64,000 bases of DNA from Antechinus flavipes (GCF_016432865.1 NC_067401.1:416640001-416704000), one strand, 5' to 3'. Positions 1 to 12,312 are shown, numbered from the stretch's first letter. Notes: generated by a model not told the origin, from the letters alone. Numbers and translations: made by a program.

Positions 1-169
1 CTCTCATGAAAAAATCTTTAATATTTTTTCAATTATTAAAAAAAACCCATGTAATGCTCTCTCCTCTCTGGTACCTGGCAGCCTAATTTCCCCTAATCAG
101 GCACCAAACCGAACCCAATGGGTTCTCTCTGAGGTTTTTCACATATTTGGGTTCCCTTCTGTTCCCAGA

Positions 170-476
170 ACATTAGTTCAGCTCTTTATTACCTCATGCT
201 TAGATTATTCTAACAGTCTCTCAACTGGCCACCTAACCTTCCTTCAAATCTTACATAAAATCCAACTTTCTGCAAGAAGCCTTTCCCTCTTTGAGCACCT
301 CCAATACGTTTTTTTTTTTTTACATAAACTCATTTTACTTAGTTGTTTGCATGTTACCTCCTCAGTCAGATGGTGAGCTCCTTTAAGGCAGAGACTTTTC
401 TTTGTATCCCTGATGCTTTAGCACAATGTCTGGCACATAGTAGGAGGTTAATTAAAATTAGCTGATTGATTTGACT
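170..476 (+). mobile_element. L2 LINE 3' end remnant
   Basis: ttagattattctaacagtctctcaactgg (LDYxNSLLTG-like L2 ORF2 motif), then gagctcctttaaggcagagac...tgtctggcacatagtaggaggttaattaaa, the typical L2 tail. Confidence 0.75.
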
Positions 477-1184
477 GCCTCTCCTTTTTTCTCTTATCTA
501 CTACAACCTCAGCAAAACCAGAAAGGCTGATATAAAGGGGAGAACCAGGAGCTAGGTTTTCTGGATTGAGTAGGGAGCTTTCTACTATTAATAGGGCAAG
601 AGATTAATGGTTTAAGATTAATTTTTTTTACCTTAAAAAAGAGTTTATTCCAAATGAAAGACATACTCATTTGTTCACTCCCACTTCTCCCTTCCTCCTC
701 CCAGCTAATCTACCCAAAGCCAGAGTTCACATCTCAGTCTCTTTCTTCCTGCTGAGCCATTTATAAACTTTAAAATACTATATAAATGTCAACTGTTATT
801 ATTATCTCCACCTTTCTTTCTCCTTTTTTTCCCTTCCTTTGGAGCTTGTGGCTTGATATTATGCCAAGTAAGTCCAATGGGGTTCTAGGAGAGGTAGTAA
901 TATGTAAGCTAATTCTACCTTCTTAGGAGGAATGCATGTTTCTGTATTTTTAGTTGATTTTAGAAATTATATTCTTAATTTTATAAAAATGACATTCTAT
1001 ATATTCCATTCTTACTATATAGAAGTAACTTTTGTCACTTTTGTTTTCTTTACATTATAAACATTTAATGATTTTTCTTGATTTATTAGGTCTCATAATA
1101 AAATAAAAAAGTTAAGCTAAATTAATGATACAATGATCTTATTTTAAAGTTCATGCAACAGTTCGCATCTTTAGCATGCCCTTC

Positions 1185-1580
1185 TTTATTTAAAAAATTA
1201 ATAGAAATCCATTTTCTTTCTCTTTACCCACCCTATTGGGGCAAAAAAAGAAAGGAGAAACATTTCTTGTAACAAATATAGTCAAGCAAAACAAACTGCC
1301 CCAGTGACTGTATATATGTATGTGTATGTGTACACATAAATGCATATATGTGTAAAATTCAGCTAATTTTACCTCTCTATAATGGATAGCATATTTTTAT
1401 CATTGATCCTCAAAAAGATATAAAAGAACCTGTGCAGAGTGAAACGAACAAATTCAAAAGAACAACTTATAAGTATTATAAAAATAAGCAATTTTGAAAA
1501 CTTTTATAAACTGAAGAATGAAATTAGAAGAAGCAGGAAAATAATGTATACGATAATAATACTGTGAAAACTAACCAATT
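1185..1580. mobile_element. Degraded L1 3' fragments in both orientations
   Basis: cttgtaacaaatatagtcaagcaaaac (antisense L1 3' UTR-like) and gagtgaaacgaacaa / agaagaagcaggaaaataatgtatac (sense L1 3'-like). Confidence 0.5.
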
Positions 1581-3129
1581 CCTTCTGATTCCAATTGACA
1601 CGAGGAGTTTATCACTGGAGGCTCCCTAAACTTAGGAAATCACAGGTTCTTTTAAAAATTTTTTCCAATAGGTTTATATGCTTTTATTGAGCTTAATTTC
1701 TTTGAAAGTCAATGAGTTTGCAAGTCCTCATTAGCTAACTTTGCTGCTATTGTGAAAGATCCCATCTGTCTCATTGGACATCAGCTTACCATAACATTTT
1801 GCTGGCCAAATGCTATAAAAGATCTTGGCAGTTGCTGGCTGGGAAGGAAAATTCAATAAAGTTCCAAATACCGTCCTGTTCTTGACAGGAGCCTCATTTT
1901 CTGTATTCCTGTCACTGTTATTAATGACAGATATACCATATAGGCGCACATCCCATAGCCTGTCACGTAGGTAGATTGCTAAGGCTCATTGGATGGTCTT
2001 TCTCAGCTCCTTGTCTCCTAACTAAATAGCCCTTATTTCCTTGTCACAACTGGAGTCACCTCTCATGAGTCCATTATTTTTGTACCTCTTTCCTGGGACT
2101 CAGCAATGACTTCTGTTTATTGTTTTTCCCATATGGAGGGTTGGGGTACCACTCACTATCTGGGCCCTGGGAGCATCTTCTAGGTTCCCTCATGAATGGG
2201 CTGCTTGCTTTCTCAGGATGACTACTTAATTGGGGTGAGCCTGAGGTTCCATGTCATAGTTAGGATAGATGCCTATGAACAGAGAGGAACCCAGGTGTCT
2301 CTCTCCAGGCAGAACTGGACTAGAGTTTTCCCCATCAAAGAACGTTGGGTTCCAAGGTCTTGCACAAAACTGAGTTTGCTATGGGAACCATCATCCCTAT
2401 TTATGGCTCTGGTGGCCAACATATCATAAAAATTGATGTCTCAGGCAAAGAGTTACAGGAGATTAAACTGTCATCTTTCAGATACCCATCTCTCCTTTAT
2501 GAAGTCTTCCCATCGACTCCTTGATGACTTCCCAGGCTTTAGTTCCAAACTCTTCCTTTTATTTCCCATTTTGCCTAGGGGTTTGTGTATTTCCTGAACT
2601 CTGGGCCCTGATTCTGAAGGTTTTCTGATTGTTCTCTCTTGGATCATGACTACTTCAGCATCCTAGGTACACCCCTTTAACACATGACACCTCTAGATTA
2701 TGGTACCCATGTGGACTCTAAATAATAGCTCTCAGACCCTCACCAGTGTATTCCCTCTTCCTGTTCATCTGAGAACAAAATTCAAAGTTAAGGCATTTAA
2801 TGCAACCTTAATGAAACAGGAATTATAATGGAAAGACAGCATTAGTTCAGTTTCTCTATTAACCATGTATACAACCTACCAACTTACTCATAGCATCAAT
2901 GGGAAGAGCATATTTACTTAGGGAGCAGGATCTGCATAGGGAGCCATGATCCTCAAGGTCCATTTGTGAAGAAACAAGCCCCATCTCTGACACCTATCTT
3001 TTGGTATCATCTCACTGTACCCATTGTACCTTCTCCAGAAGGGTGCTGTTATTGCCATTTCAGTGTGATGCCATTTGGAGTTTTCTTGCAAAAGATACTG
3101 GGGTGGATTGCAATTTTCTTTTCCAATTT

Positions 3130-3273
3130 GCCTTATAGATGAGGAAACTGAGGCAAACAGGTTAAGTGATTTGCCCCAAATAACACATCTAGTAGGTGTC
3201 TGAGGCTGGATTTGAATTCTGGTATTCCTGACTCCTGGCATGGTGCTTTATTCATTGCTCTACCTTGCTGCCC
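3130..3273 (-). mobile_element. CORE-SINE (Mar1/MIR-type)
   Basis: gatgaggaaactgaggca...ggatttgaattc...ttgctgccc: antisense CORE domain and tRNA-derived head. Confidence 0.8.
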
Positions 3274-3289
3274 AAATTGCCCAGAGGAT

Positions 3290-3400
3290 AGTGCAGTGGA
3301 AAGCACTTTGGCTCTGGAATGAGAGGTTCTAGGCTCTAAAATGAGGGGGTAGAAACTCTGCAATCCTTGAGGGCCCTTCCAGCTCTGGATCTCTTATCTC
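3290..3400 (+). mobile_element. MIR3-like SINE remnant
   Basis: gcagtggaaagcactttggctctggaat...gagggcccttccagctct. Confidence 0.5.
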
Positions 3401-3660
3401 ATGATCCTGCTAGCCTTCTAAAGGAACTCTGTTTCAAGCAAATTGCTCATGTGGACATTGTTCCCTAAATAGGTAGTTCCCACTTCCTTGTTTTTGCTTA
3501 TGTTCAGTGTCTGTTTGCCTAGAATGCCTGCCTTATCTATATTTGATATATAGATCTGCTTATCTATATTTGAACCATTTTTCACAAGTCAAGACCAAGA
3601 CTCCTCCTCTTTTCTGTGAAGCAAGTCCTCCCCAAACACTCCAGCCCCAGGAATGTCTCT

Positions 3661-3866
3661 GCTGGCTACTGTGCGCTGGTTTAAAATTATTAGTTTTTCA
3701 GTATATTTATACTTTGGAATCTAGGGGGAAAACTACCAATCAAGAATCAATTGGCTGTTTTGGGGTTTTTTGTCTAGACTTAAGAAAGTGATGTAGAAAT
3801 ATTAGCAAAGCAGAATAATTTGTACCGATTTGGAGAGTTGATTGTTAAATATTTACTAGCATATCC
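3661..3866. mobile_element. hAT (Blackjack/MER63-like) non-autonomous DNA transposon remnant
   Basis: ggagagttgattgttaaatatttactagca resembles the recalled MER63 terminal sequence gagagccggttgttaaacatttaccagca. Confidence 0.5.
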
Positions 3867-3871
3867 TAAGT

Positions 3872-4055
3872 CAGTGGTTCTCAAACTTTTGTTCTCAGTA
3901 GCTTCATGTTGTTAAAAAACTATTGAGGATCTGTTCAAAGAGTTTTTGTTCACATGGATTATATTTATAGCTATTTATTATATTTAAATAAAAAATAATT
4001 TTGAAAGGTTTTCAGAGACCCCAACAATTCTTGGACTACACTTTGAGGACCACTG
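3872..4055. mobile_element. hAT-Charlie MITE (Charlie1-like ends), copy 1
   Basis: TIRs cagtggttctcaaac / gaggaccactg; 8-bp TSD tcctaagt (3864-3871) vs ccctaagt (4056-4063), 7/8 match. Confidence 0.85.
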
Positions 4056-4114
4056 CCCTAAGTAATCCTCTAAACTCCTGTGGAATATGTCATTCATTTG
4101 GCATTTAGGATAAT

Positions 4115-4283
4115 CAGATCATAGATCCAGAGTTCAGAGGCCCTTTATTGCAACTGCAAAAATTGCAGTTGAGGAAACAGAGGACCAGGTGAAGTCATTT
4201 GCCCAAGGTTACAGAAGTAATAATCATCAAAAATGGGATTCAACTTCTTTGACTTCAGAGCGGTCTCTTTCAACTGTACTATG
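4115..4283 (-). mobile_element. MIR3-like SINE
   Basis: gatcatagatccagag...gaggaaacagag...tttgcccaaggttacag antisense CORE. Confidence 0.6.
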
Positions 4284-4344
4284 ATACTCAACACCACGAT
4301 GCTATCTTATATTGTTATTTATCGTTTTAGAATACTTATAACCA

Positions 4345-4560
4345 CTCACACTTATAGAGGGCTTTAAGGTTTACAAAGTAAACCTTTAGCCAGTAATAAC
4401 CCCATTATTGTTAAAAAAAAAAAAACAGTCTTGTATTGTAGGCAGTACAAATATTATTATCCCTATTTTACAGATGAGGAAATTGAGGCTTCAATAGATT
4501 GATGAGTTACCTATAGTCAGTGTCAGAGTTAGAATTTGACCCCAAGTCTTTGACTCTATG
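4345..4560 (-). mobile_element. MIR SINE
   Basis: tattattatccctattttacagatgaggaaattgaggct...ttagaatttgaccccaagtctttgactc. Confidence 0.7.
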
Positions 4561-4629
4561 TCAGGCTCAGGAATTGAGTTGGGAGAACATACTGAAAAAG
4601 AAAAAAAAATGATTGAATTTGAATTTTGT

Positions 4630-4720
4630 TTAGGAAGGAAGAGAGAGAAAAAGAGAGGGAGGAAAGGAGGAAGAGAGAAAGGAAAGAAGGAAGAAGAAAA
4701 GAAAGGAAAAGGAGAGAAAA
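4630..4720. repeat. Polypurine (GGAA/GAAA) low-complexity tract
   Basis: About 90 bp of almost pure A/G on the + strand. Confidence 0.9.
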
Positions 4721-5159
4721 CCTAACGCACATACTAAATTAGGTAAACAACCCAGATAGAAATGGTTTTGTCCAAATCTTGAGTGAAAACAGGCTGCTGA
4801 GTGCCTGTCTTGGTTCAAACAACACTCCCAGTCTGAACCCCAAGCAGCTTGCCAACATTCCCCTGGAAGGCAGAAGCAGGGGCTCCTGGACCAGAGGGAA
4901 CTGACAAGCTGGCCCAAACTTCCAGGTGTGGGAGGAGGCTCGTTAATCCCGGCAAGCCTCTCTTCTTCCCATTTTAGGGCTTGCTACTTAAGAGGTAGTT
5001 GAAGAAATGTGTTTCCTGGTAAGCACTCTTCCCTCTGGGCTGGAATCCTGGGGCTTGCCAGGAAAGCAGAGCAGGTGGAGGGTGGATGGAGGTGAGGAGA
5101 GCATCTTCCTGTCTGCTTCCTCTCTGTAGCTTCAATAGCCACCTCTTTTAGACAGGGGA

Positions 5160-5400
5160 GAGGAGGAAGAGAGAGGGACAGAGAGAGACAGAGATAGAGA
5201 CAGACAGAGAAAAGGATAGAGACAGAGAGAAAAGGAGAGCAAGACAGAGAGAGACAGAGAAACAGTGATAGAGACAGAGATAGACAGAGAGAGGCAAGAG
5301 ACAAAGATAGAGACAGGGAGAAAAGGAGAGCAAGACAGAGAGAGAGACAGAGAGACAGTGATAGAGACAGAGATAGAGAGAGGCAGACAGAGAGATAGAG
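5160..5400. repeat. Degenerate (GA/AGAC)n tract with an internal ~91-bp duplication
   Basis: Purine-rich agagac units; the unit starting gatagagacag(a/g)gagaaaaggagagcaagacagag occurs at 5215 and 5306. Confidence 0.9.
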
Positions 5401-5957
5401 ATCCTGAAACAGTTAAAAGCCAAGAATTAAGTTGTCGATTGCTGGTGGAACACCAATGGAATCCAACAACATATAAAATCACCTAGGCTTCTTGTGAAAA
5501 TATGAGGCCATTTTTCAAGTTAAAGGAGAATGTATCTTTCTTAGATCAACAAGGAAAAAAAATAAAGTAAGATATAGACATGGTTCTAAGAGAGATCAAC
5601 AAAGAAGAGTTGGTCTGTGTGTACATTTGTGCCATGTGAACCTGGAAGGGGAAGCTAAAATCTTATAAGAAGTGAAAGATGAGCAATACATTTGGGGAAG
5701 GATATGACAGTGTAAGCCAATGGGAGAGTTAGAAGAGGGGAGAGCAGGTGCTTCCCAGCACTTCAGCCGCTGTAATGACCATCGATTTATAATGAGATGA
5801 AAAAAGGAGTGAGAACAATAGTGAAAATCTCTTTCCTGTCTAACATTGCACACTGATTCTCACTAATACTACTTCCCCCCCCACTTCTTTTTTTTTTTAA
5901 ACAAAGTCAGCTCACTTTCATATGTGCTCAAAAATAAACTGATTTCTCTCAAGTGCT

Positions 5958-5960
<3 letters not shown>

Positions 5961-6015
<55 letters not shown>
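5961..6015. repeat. (TG)n microsatellite, ~27 units
   Basis: Perfect tg run. Confidence 0.98.
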
Positions 6016-6017
<2 letters not shown>

Positions 6018-6489
6018 TTGGGGGGATTAAAAGAAACAGGAGAGAAATTATGGCTTACTACACAATTAGAGAGAAGGAAACTCTATTTCTGGCATACCAG
6101 ATGGGGGCTCAAAATGAACAAAAGAGATTTTTGTTGAAAGTGTGTTATTGAACTTAGCAAAAGAAGAGATCAGAAATGACTTAAAACCTTCCCGGATTCC
6201 TCCTAGACAAAAAGCGAACTAAGCAATAGTATGAGGGAAAAGGAGGAGCTCTCTCAAAGCCCCTTTGAAACAGTTAGCCCCATGATTTTTCCCCCACAAA
6301 AGCTTCAAAGGAACTCTTTTCACCCATGAAGTAAAAAAAAGGAGACCATATACTGAAGAAAATTTCAGGCCCACTGGGAAGCCTGAAGAGAGGATCTGGA
6401 AGAAAGAAGTTTGACAAATTTCAGCGAGGAATAATTCATTAACTCCTAAGACATCCCATTCCACTTTTGGTGAGTACTGATTAGTAAAA

Positions 6490-7140
6490 GCTTTTTCCTT
6501 ACATCAAGCCTCCATCTGCATCCCTGCAATTTCTACCCACTGGTTCCAGAACAAATTCCACCCTTTTTATAGGTCAGCCCTTTGAAAATTTGAAGACACT
6601 TAATGCATCTGCTCTGAGTTTTCTCTTTTGATTAAACCTCCTCAGTTCCTTCAAATAATAATAATCCTTCTCTAGCAAAATATTTAATCTACTTGCTATC
6701 ATTGTTACTCCTTTTTTGGACAAATAATGATACCTTGTTTAACTCTTATTAAAAAAATATTACTCAAAACTGAACACAGACTCCTAATGTGACAGCCCGT
6801 GGCAGAGAACAGCTGAACAATCACTAACTCACTTGTTCTACATGGTGCAGAATAGGACAGCATCAGCATTTCAGCTGGTCATTATTATCTTAACTTGTGA
6901 TCCTCTAGAGCCCTCAAATTTTTTTCACAGAAATTCTTGTTCAGTTAATTTTCACAATCCTTAATGAGTAAAATTGATGTTTTGAGTTTATATGTAGAAC
7001 ATGCTCTGTCTCTCTATTCAATTTCAATTTTTTCCATTCATCCCATTATTCTGGCTCCTCTTAGGTCTTTGTGGATCTAGACCCTCTCATCCAATCCTTT
7101 TGTTGTTTGTGTCAGATGCATTGAACTCATCCATGAACAC
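6490..7140 (-). mobile_element. L3/CR1 LINE remnant
   Basis: caatttctacccactgg, cagccctttgaaaatttgaagacac, cctcagttccttcaa: antisense CR1 ORF2 3' signatures. Confidence 0.65.
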
Positions 7141-8804
7141 ACTGTGATTTCCTTTAATTATCCAAAATAAATAGGTATTCATAATTGCCTCCGATCATTG
7201 AAAAATTGATTAATTTAGAATAATCAGCACAGAGAAGGCTCAGGTTGGGGGGAGGAAGAATTAAAGTACATATGAGGGATTTGATTTGAAGGAGAACGGC
7301 AATATATTCTGATCTTTAGCTACCCACCAGAGTGGAGAAATGAAAAAAAAAAAAGCAGTTTCTGAGAGCAAACATTTCAGATTTCCTGACCTTGAAAGGC
7401 CTCCCCTCTGGAGAGCAAAGAAGTTTTTTGATGCTGGACATTTAGCAGGTGTTCATTGAATGCTTCTTGATGAAGTTGGAATGGCTGATGCTTTCCACTG
7501 TAGTGAGTTATTAATAGCCTGGGAATGAATGTACTACCTTTTCCTCATATCTAAGGACTGTGTTTTAAAAACAGTTTTTAACTGCAAACTGGTTAAAAAG
7601 CATTTTCCCAGAAAAAATACATCCTAATATCCTTTCCTTGACACTCCTACAGTGAGAGGGATAGAGAGAGCTCTTAGGATGCTCCCTTATTTCTCACCCA
7701 AGGAACTTCCACAGATCTTTCATAACATTAAAATATCTCATTAAGGGGTGAAAACTTTCTTTCTGGAAGCTACAGCTTAAAGGAAATCTATATTTTCTTG
7801 GAAACCCATTTTTAAAGGAACTAATAACCATTTACTTAGTTCCCAGAAAAATATAGAGATGTTTTTTTTTTCTGAATCTTCAGTCAAAATACTTCACCTT
7901 TTGGTTTCATGTGGTGAGAAATGCTGAAAAGTTGGGTTTCCACACAGTACTGCAAACTTGAAGGTCGTGTGGGGTAGTGGGTACCACTGACCAAGAAGTT
8001 AAGGAAAGTTACAATTCCACAAAACTTTTAAGTGATCAATAGAAGCTTTGAGCAAATAAGGAACTGGGGAGCTAGGAAGGCACAGGTGAATTCAGCCAAT
8101 CAGAAAATTTTTAGTTTTAAGAAAACCATAAACTTAAGATAATGGAAGATCCAGCCCAAACTAGTTGGGGGCAATGACCTGACTTGACCAAATCACTATT
8201 GCTCCTGCTTAGTAGGTTAACTGAATATTAAACAACACATCCTGAGCAGGAGTTTTTCACCATTTTTAAACATGGGATGTATGATGAGGGAGGGGGAACA
8301 TGTTTATAGATACTTAGGGAAACATGTAGTGAGTGTATCAGAAAGATTGTCACCCCGAAGAATCAGGACCGATCCATTCTCTGAAGGGAGGTTCTGTGCC
8401 AAACTAGCAAGTACAAAGCTTCTCCCAGCTTATAGCCCTCTTCCTGAAGAGGAGTGGAGCCCGTTTTGAACTGTTAAGATGATTCCTTAAGATTCTTCCT
8501 TAATAAATTTTCCTTGACTTCTGATTTTCAATGTTTCCAGCAATAGGAATGGGACAGAGAGATGCTGTGTGACAAAGGTGGGAACAAGAAAAGCAGCCAG
8601 GAGAAAGGTTGCCTCTTGTTAAGCAATTCAAGCTATGAGAAATGCAGGTCCAAAAGGAGCCTTGAATTTGGCGCTGAAATCCAAACCACTAGAACCAACT
8701 TTAAGAATATGGTCATTCTATTTTTGTGGGAGATTGATTGAGAGGCAAAGAAAAATCTAGAGAAGGAGAGGGAAATATTGGAGTTAGTAGTAATAAGGGG
8801 ATAG

Positions 8805-9105
8805 GATCAGGGAAGGAAACTCCCTATATCAGTGCTGATCAGCAGCTTGTTTTAAAAAATTGTCTAAAACTGTTTTGGCAAGCTTAAATACAAGTGGGGT
8901 GGGGTTGGAGATGAGGGAGGGGGACTACGCCAGATATAATGATCCCTGCAATCACATGTTAATTCAACAAGCCACATATTAGTATTATCTGTATTTTGTT
9001 TAATTTTGTTTTATTAAATATTTCTCAAATTTTGATTTGAGCCAGGCAACACTTGAGAGTGTTAGGAGGCAGGTGCCCTTCAATATATGATTGATACCTC
9101 TAGCC
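8805..9105. mobile_element. Probable old hAT non-autonomous remnant
   Basis: tttgttttattaaatatttctcaaatt...caacacttgagagtgtt...tgatacctctag; a similar stretch occurs at 60590-60715. Confidence 0.4.
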
Positions 9106-9300
9106 CAGTGGTTCTCAAACTTTTGTTTTCAGCATCTTTATCCTATTAAAAATTATTGAGGATCTCTCCAAAGCATTTTTATCTGGATTATATTTATAGA
9201 CATTTACTATATTGGAAATAAAAACTATTTTTGAATTTGTAGACCTTCTAAAAGAGTTTTAGAGATCCCCAGGATTCTCTAGACCATACTTTGAGAACCA
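9106..9300. mobile_element. hAT-Charlie MITE, copy 2 (same family as 3872-4055)
   Basis: cagtggttctcaaacttttgtt...aaaaattattgaggatct...ccatactttgagaacca aligns by eye with copy 1; right TIR slightly truncated. Confidence 0.8.
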
Positions 9301-9382
9301 AATTAAGGCACTGTCCTCCAAGGATTGTTGAGAGAGGAGAAGGTGTAAAATGAGATCATATTTGTCAAATACTTTGCAACTA

Positions 9383-9616
9383 AGTGATTCAGTAGATAGA
9401 TGATAGTCCTGGAATCAGGAAGACCTTAATTCAAAGGTGGCCTTAGATACTTATTGGCTGTGTGACTCTGGGCTAGTCACTTACCCCTGTTGGCCATAAT
9501 CCACTAAAGAAGGAAATTGCAGACCAGTTCAGTATTTTTGCCAACAAAACCCCACAGACAGTGTTGGTGCACTATTGTCCAGAAGCACAAACAGTCAGAC
9601 ATGACAAAACAACAAT
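9383..9616 (+). mobile_element. CORE-SINE with RTE-type tail (Mar1/WALLSI-like)
   Basis: CORE head, then aagaaggaaattgcagaccagttcagtatttttgccaacaaaacccca...agtcagacatgacaaaacaacaa. Confidence 0.75.
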
Positions 9617-9699
9617 TGCAAACCTTTAAACTATAATAAATACCAGCCATTATTATAAGTTAAGTGATCTGCCCAAGGTTTTATGGCCAGTGTGGCTCT

Positions 9700-9865
9700 T
9701 GAGATCACAGAATAAGATAAAGAAGGGTTTTAGAAGTTGCTGAATGTAATTCATTCATTTTACAGATGAAATGAAGAATGAAGGAATTTAAAATGAGCTC
9801 TCCAAAGTCTCAAAGCTTATAAATGTCACTCTTTCTAAATCTAAGTCTAATACTCTAGCCACTAC
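9700..9865 (-). mobile_element. MIR3-like SINE
   Basis: gagatcacagaataagat...ttcattttacagatgaa...ctaagtctaatactct. Confidence 0.5.
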
Positions 9866-9879
9866 TAATCATTCAGGAA

Positions 9880-10050
9880 CAATCAATCAACTTTTGTTAA
9901 ATACTTACTATGTGTCAAGCACTAGCTTGGGCTTTGGGGATGGAACAAGAAGCAAAAGATAGTTCTTGCCCTCAAGTAGCTTATAATCTAATGGGGAGAC
10001 AACATACAAAGATATACAAAGCAAATTATATACAGGAAAAATAGGAAATA
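9880..10050 (-). mobile_element. L2 LINE 3' end
   Basis: caatcaatcaacttttgttaaatacttactatgtgtcaagcact...gccctcaagtagcttataatctaatggggagacaac. Confidence 0.8.
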
Positions 10051-10714
10051 CAATCCATTATCAGCACTTAGTAATTATGTCTATAAAGTCATCTTGAGTA
10101 TTTTGAACCATTGCTCCCAGGGAAATATAGAATTAGGTTTTTACCTAATGACCTAATTACCACAGTTACTTTAGTGCTTTTCCAAGCAACTTTACAAAGA
10201 GATTGACAGATTTCCTTTTTCTTTGTATGAATGTATCATATTGTTGATTTACTAATACTGAATTCATGACCAACAGCACTATTCAGTGCCTGAATGAAAC
10301 TTATCTATACATATATTATTTCCATGGGGCACATCACAGCTTTCTTGTCCTTAGGAACACCAGACAGCACTTTATCACTATGCTTTGGGGGCATTTAAAA
10401 CAATAAGATTACCCCCCCAAAAAAGCACAAAAATTGCAAACAAACAAACAAACAAACAATAAATAGATTGTGAAAAGGACATTTGTTTACAGTATGAGAG
10501 CTTCAACATGTTTGTCCTCAATTGGAAACATATATATTCAGGTTTTTTAGTGTACTGGGCTCTTTGTTGGAATGACCATGAAAATTCAGAGATTTGGGAG
10601 TTATAAATAAATATTAGTGAGTACCTAATTTGCAAATTGGAATCTTTGAATAATGAAGACTGACTCTAATCAACAGTGAAAAGGCCCTAGAATTAAGAGG
10701 GATTAGGGAAGAGA

Positions 10715-11640
10715 ATTGATAAATGGTCAAAGGATTTGGACAGGTAATTTTCAGAAGAAGAAATCAAAGTTATCTATAATTAAAGCTATCTATAATCATA
10801 AGGAAAAAAAATGCACTAAATCAGTATTGATTAGAGAAATGCAAATTAAAGCAATTCTGAACTACCACCTCACATTGATCATATTAGGTAAAATGATAGA
10901 AAAGGAAAATTAGAAATGTTGGAGGGGATGAGAGAAAATTGGCACACTAATGGATTGTTGGTGGAGTTGTGAACTGATCCAGCTATTCTGGAAAGCAATT
11001 CAGAACTATGCCTAAAGAGCAATCAAACAGTGCATATCCTTTGTTATCTAGCAATACTTAACTATTTCCATTACTACCACCACTATCACTAAGTCTGTAT
11101 CCCAAAGAAATTTTTTTTTTAAAAAAAGGGAAAAATTATTTGTTCAAAAATATTCATAGCAGCTCTTTTTGTGGTAGTAAAAAAATGGAAATTGATGGTA
11201 TGCCAATCAGTTGAGAAATGGCTGAACACATGATTGTGATGGAATAGTATTGTGCTATTAGAAATGACAAGTAGGATGATTTCAGAAAAACATGAAAAGA
11301 TTTACATGAACTGATACAGAGTGAAACAAGCAGAACTAGAAGGACACAGTAATAGCAATATAAAAAACAATGATTAATTGTAAATGACTTAACTATTCTC
11401 ATTAATTCAATGATCCAAGACAGTTCCAAAGGACTCACTGTTTACTTCTAGAGAAAGAACCTATGGAATACAGATCAAAGCAAACTATTTTTCACTTTAT
11501 TTTTTCAGTTTTTTTTTGGGGGGGTGTCTGTTTTCTTTCACAACATGACTAATATAGAAATATGCTTTGCATGAGTGCATGTGTATAATCGATATCAAAT
11601 TGCTTACCATATCAGAGAAGGAAGAAAAAAAATAAAATAT
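10715..11640 (+). mobile_element. L1 LINE, 3' ORF2 and 3' UTR (decayed)
   Basis: ORF 10716-10913 contains KKCTKSVLIREMQIKAILNYHLT, matching the L1 ORF2 C-terminal motif KKCSxSLIIREMQIKTTMRYHLTP; L1 3' UTR follows. Confidence 0.92.
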
Positions 11641-12052
11641 TGTTGTTTTAAAAAGAGATACCAGGGAAGTTTTCCAGTAAAATATGGAATTTTAATTGAG
11701 ACGTAAAAGAAATCAGGGAGGTCTCTAGGTGGGGTCGAGGAGGAAGAGCATTTCCAGGCATGAGAGACAGAAAAAAAAATTCCAGAGCTGATAGATGGAG
11801 AGATATCTGGTTTGTGGATCAAAGAGGATGTGTTTGTGTGGGATGGGGGGATGGCGGGGAGAAGAGAAAGAGAGGAGTGGAAAGATAGGAGGGAGCTGGG
11901 TTCGGAAGAGCTCTGAATTGTACTAAACTAGAGAGGGCCCAGATTTTACTAGGTGGATTCCTTGATATTTGCTTCTCCTCTATCAAAGTCTCTTCTTTCA
12001 TTCCTTCCTTCTTTCCTTCGTTTCTTCATTTGTTCATTTGTTCCTCCTTCCC

Positions 12053-12184
12053 NNNNNNNNNNNNNNNNNNNNNNNNNNNNNNNNNNNNNNNNNNNNNNNN
12101 NNNNNNNNNNNNNNNNNNNNNNNNNNNNNNNNNNNNNNNNNNNNNNNNNNNNNNNNNNNNNNNNNNNNNNNNNNNNNNNNNNNN
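12053..12184. other. Assembly gap (N run), left flank (CTTC/CTTT)n
   Basis: N characters. Confidence 0.99.
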
Positions 12185-12312
12185 TTTTTTTGGAGAGGGC
12201 AGGACTGAAGGGAAGGCAATGTACCCAGAGTCACACAGCTAGTACACATCTGAGGCTGGATTTACATTCACGTTCTCCTGACCCCAGGCCAGTGATCTAT
12301 CCACTGTGCAAA
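12185..12312 (-). mobile_element. CORE-SINE (partial)
   Basis: gtacccagagtcacacagctagtacacatctgaggctggattt...ctcctgaccccaggccagtgatctatccactgtgc. Confidence 0.7.

Noticed and set aside
4630-6151. Several 75-116 aa ORFs (SLSLCL..., ETERD..., CVCVCV...)
   Set aside because: Translations of GA/AGAC and TG microsatellites, which lack stop codons.
6225-6475. Protein-looking purine-rich + strand stretch ending in the donor TTG/GTGAGT
   Set aside because: Every frame is interrupted by stops, there is no clear acceptor and no homolog is recognised; only the donor is noted as a weak lncRNA hint.
7324-7337. CTCF-like CCACCAGAGTGGAG
   Set aside because: Mismatches at two core positions of the CCASYAGRKGGCRS consensus.
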